DNA of 64,000 nucleotides from Anaerolineae bacterium (GTDB lineage Bacteria; Chloroflexota; Anaerolineae; UBA1429): NCBI GenBank assembly GCA_963675785.1, contig OY776562.1, positions 3,153,758 to 3,217,757 of the forward strand, read 5' to 3'. Shown piece by piece: positions 60,906 to 64,000 of this stretch (position 1 is its first letter; each line of letters starts with the position of its first letter). The notes under the pieces were generated by a model. It saw only the letters and a program-made list of their open reading frames with translations, ran no database searches and was not told where the DNA came from. The position numbers and the translations under genes were made by a program.

Positions 60906-62249
60906 TTAGTACACGCCAGGGGGATCCTGTTCTACAATAATGCCACGGGCCTCCAGCCAAACCTTGCGTGCTTCTGCCACCACAAACAATGATCCTGTAA
61001 CCAATACCACGTCATCCTTGTCAGCTTGCGCCATGGCGTTTTCCAAACCCTCAGCAACACTACCCTCACTTGCAACTCGTTTATCCATACTGGCTAGAGT
61101 GGTTTCGAGCACATCCAGTGCTACGGCTCGCACATGGGGGGCATGAACGAGATGAATATTCTCTGCGTGAGGCGCCAGCACTGACAAGAGTCCCTCTACC
61201 TGATGCCCCATACTGGAACCGAATACCAGGTGAACTCGCTTCTGTGGCGCTAGTTGGTGAATCGTCTCGATGAGACGTTGGCAAGAATAGGGGTTGTGGG
61301 CGCCATCCATGATGAGCAGGGGATCTCGGGAAAGCAGCTCGAATCGCCCTGGCCAGACGAGAGATTCAAATCCCTGGCGGACATCCCCTTCGCTAAAAGG
61401 ATATTTTTCGCGGATGGTTTCGAGGGCGGCTAGTGCCACTGTAGCGTTCTCTGCCTGATGTTCTCCAACCAGAGAAAGAAATAGATTTTTGTAGGGAACC
61501 TCATTAAGGCGGTGCACGTTGATAATCTGTCCGGTAAGTGAGGCATCAACAGCTTCATAATGCCAATCATCGCCCACCTGAACGAGAGGTGCAGTGAGCT
61601 CTGTAGCTTTGACCGAGATGACCTGTCTAGCTTTGGATTTTTGTGGTGCTACTACAACTGGCGTATTGGCTTTGATGATGCCGGCTTTTTCGGCAGCAAT
61701 CTGCTCGAGCGTGCTACCGAGGATGTTGACATGATCCATGCTGACAGAAGTAATCACGGATGTCAGTGGTGCAAGTACATTGGTGGCATCCAGACGCCCA
61801 CCAAGCCCAACCTCGACAGCAGCAATCTGTACATTCTGTTTGGCCATGAACGTAAAGGCCAATGCAGTGATGGATTCGAAAACAGTCACTTCGGGACGAT
61901 CGTTTAAAACACGAGATAGTTCGAGAGTGAGCTCAACTAGTTGCTGTTCCGAAATGTAGGTGCCATTGACGCGCATTCTTTCGCGAAATGTATGCAGGTG
62001 GGGCGAGGTATACATACCTGTGCGGTATCCTGCCTGGCGTAGTACGGCCTCTATCATGGCAGTAGTAGAGCCTTTGCCTTTGGTGCCAGCGATATGTACG
62101 GCATCAAATGAGCGTTGAGGGTTGCCCAGGGCAGACATGAGCTCTTCCACTCGATCCAACCTATAGTATCGTTCTTTGTATGGTGGACGCGGGCCCCGCT
62201 CGTAATCGGTGCGGTAAAGGATGTACTTGAGTGCATCTCGATAATCCAT
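60906..62249 (-). CDS. folC: folylpolyglutamate/dihydrofolate synthase
   Basis: HIAGTKGKGS, TSPHL..RER, EVGLGGRLDATN, DGAHN, TGSLF. Confidence 0.94.
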   Translation of the reverse strand: MDYRDALKYILYRTDYERGPRPPYKERYYRLDRVEELMSALGNPQRSFDAVHIAGTKGKGSTTAMIEAVLRQAGYRTGMYTSPHLHTFRERMRVNGTYISEQQLVELTLELSRVLNDRPEVTVFESITALAFTFMAKQNVQIAAVEVGLGGRLDATNVLAPLTSVITSVSMDHVNILGSTLEQIAAEKAGIIKANTPVVVAPQKSKARQVISVKATELTAPLVQVGDDWHYEAVDASLTGQIINVHRLNEVPYKNLFLSLVGEHQAENATVALAALETIREKYPFSEGDVRQGFESLVWPGRFELLSRDPLLIMDGAHNPYSCQRLIETIHQLAPQKRVHLVFGSSMGHQVEGLLSVLAPHAENIHLVHAPHVRAVALDVLETTLASMDKRVASEGSVAEGLENAMAQADKDDVVLVTGSLFVVAEARKVWLEARGIIVEQDPPGVY

Positions 62250-62377
62250 AGCCAGCTCTCCCTCAAAAAGACTGCTGTCTATTCTAGGCATGACGCGCGA
62301 ATCTCTCAAACGACACCCTATTTGACGCTCCACGGGCCTAAAGTTACACTCATAGCACCTACTAGGACTTGGAGGAT

Positions 62378-63586
62378 ATGATCATCAAACGGTATCTTTT
62401 CCCTATTTTGCTCCTGATATCCGTGTGTTTCGCTGCCTCAGCCTGCAGTGGTGGTGATCTTTTGTATGACATCGAGATACGTCCGAATGTCATCTCGCCC
62501 AACGCGGATGGAACGGACGATGTGTCCGAGCTTTCATACACCCTCTCACGGGAAGCCTATATTGACATCTATCTTTTGGATGAGGCTGGGAACCGCTACG
62601 ACTATCGCGTTGACAAGCTTCGTTCCAAGGGTGTGCGCACTGCCTATTTTAGCGGTGTCATCGATGGCAATCTATTGGCGGACGGCGTCTATACCGTCGT
62701 TTTTGAGGCGACGGATAACAAGGGCAGAACGGACCGTGAAGAGGCACAGATTGAACTGATTGATGGTGATACGGCACAGATCGAGATACAAGGTCTTTCC
62801 ATCTATCCGACCGAGTTTACACCCAATCGCGACGGTATCAACGACCGCATCACGATTTCCTACAGCCTGAACAAAGAGGCTGAGGTGGTTGACGTCTATT
62901 TACTGGGCGAAGATGGTACCAAGTACCCGGTTCCCGAAGATGAGATTCGCGAAATGGGTTCTGTTGGTGCTCATCAGCACGACTATGACGGTGGCGTCGA
63001 TTTGGGCGCTCAACCGCCCGATGATGGCACTTATACTGTAGTTGTAGAAGCTCAAGACGCGGTGGGCACCAAGGACCGTGCTGAAGGACAGGTTACGATC
63101 AGCGGTGGGGGCATCCCTATGGTCGAGATCGTCAACGCAGCCGCGGTCTTTTCTTCAGAGATTTTCGCTGTTGGAGACACTTTGACCTTTACTTGCACGG
63201 TCAAAAATATCGGCACGGTACCTGTGCGTACTACTGGACCGGAATCTGGTACCACCTACAGTATGCTAGAGAATTTTAACTCGCTCGAACAGTATGAAGA
63301 GGCTGGTGTGTTCCGTGTTGGACTTGATTATGAAGGGAACAGTGCCGGCCGGCAATACCCCTTTAGATGGCAGTTGGGCACAGAAGAAGAACTTACGCCC
63401 GTTGAGGTGAATGGCGAAACAGAGTGGTATTTGATGCCGGATCAAACCGTGACGGTTGTGGGGCATCTCATTCTCGATGTTGAACCGGTGACTACCGAAC
63501 CGTATTTCTGGATCGGCCTCATTCAGGAGCAGGTCGAGATTGTACAAGACAAAGTAGAAGCTACGAAGATATCCATAGGATTCTAG
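62378..63586 (+). CDS. lipoprotein with tandem FlgD/Ig-like domains
   Basis: Lipobox ASAC; ISPNADGTDD and FTPNRDGIND repeats, each followed by DGxYTV. Confidence 0.72.
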   Translation: MIIKRYLFPILLLISVCFAASACSGGDLLYDIEIRPNVISPNADGTDDVSELSYTLSREAYIDIYLLDEAGNRYDYRVDKLRSKGVRTAYFSGVIDGNLLADGVYTVVFEATDNKGRTDREEAQIELIDGDTAQIEIQGLSIYPTEFTPNRDGINDRITISYSLNKEAEVVDVYLLGEDGTKYPVPEDEIREMGSVGAHQHDYDGGVDLGAQPPDDGTYTVVVEAQDAVGTKDRAEGQVTISGGGIPMVEIVNAAAVFSSEIFAVGDTLTFTCTVKNIGTVPVRTTGPESGTTYSMLENFNSLEQYEEAGVFRVGLDYEGNSAGRQYPFRWQLGTEEELTPVEVNGETEWYLMPDQTVTVVGHLILDVEPVTTEPYFWIGLIQEQVEIVQDKVEATKISIGF

Positions 63587-63590
63587 GCCA

Positions 63591-64000
63591 ATGAATCTGG
63601 GTATCGCCATCGTTAGTTATAATACACGGCAGATCACCTCGGATTGTTTGGCGTCTGTTCAGAGCGCTTTGCAGTCGGATGGCATCGCTGGCGGCATTTG
63701 GGTGGTGGATAACGCCTCTGTCGATGGCAGTGCGGAGATGATTCGCACGATATACCCAGCGGTTCACCTCATTGCCAGTGCAGAAAACCTGGGCTTTGCT
63801 GGCGGCACAAATGCTGCCCTGTGTGACATGCTCACTTCCGATTCGCCGCCGCGTTTTGTGCTGCTTCTCAATCCAGATACGCTTGTTTATCCGGGCTCCC
63901 TGGCAGCAATGCTCGACGTTTTGGAGCAAAGCGATGCCGATGTGGCAGGTGCCAACCTAACCTACGGCGACGGCAGTTTTCAGCACGGCGCGTTTCATTT
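63591..64000 (+). CDS. glycosyltransferase family 2, partial
   Basis: Not in the ORF track. MNLGIAIVSYN..VVDNASVDGS..NLGFAGGTN..LLLNPD. Confidence 0.9.
   Translation, partial: MNLGIAIVSYNTRQITSDCLASVQSALQSDGIAGGIWVVDNASVDGSAEMIRTIYPAVHLIASAENLGFAGGTNAALCDMLTSDSPPRFVLLLNPDTLVYPGSLAAMLDVLEQSDADVAGANLTYGDGSFQHGAFH

Overview
This looks like chromosomal core plus catabolic DNA from an anaerobic bacterium. Several protein styles suggest Chloroflexota/Anaerolineae, but that is inference. Left to right: (1) an ilvD-ilvB-ilvN-ilvC-cimA-leuA-leuC-thrC-leuD operon preceded by an unannotated Ile/Leu/Val-rich leader peptide and attenuator; (2) a fucoside/oxidative deoxysugar cluster (GH151-like, GH29, GH32, aldo-keto reductase, lactonase, split UxaA-type dehydratase); (3) greA-lysS, GH172, an XRE/membrane-protein pair and a secreted GH-A-like protein; (4) a standalone CHAT protease-AAA ATPase-degenerate REase-like protein beside four tRNAs; (5) a 10-gene DeoR-controlled sugar operon combining a rhamnose-type isomerase, class II aldolase, three polyol-phosphate oxidoreductases, a PfkB kinase and an acetoin-dehydrogenase-like E1/E2 complex; (6) an MtaD-CYTH fusion, dnaA without dnaN, a glycerol operon, plsY, livKHMGF, an aldehyde:ferredoxin oxidoreductase pair, a Trp T-box controlling trpB2, folC, a lipoprotein and a partial GT2. 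I found no CRISPR array, integrase or transposase. The best candidates for new biology are the sugar operon (possible deoxyketose-phosphate cleavage to acetyl-CoA) and the CHAT-ATPase protein. All family calls come from reading motifs by eye; no database searches were run.
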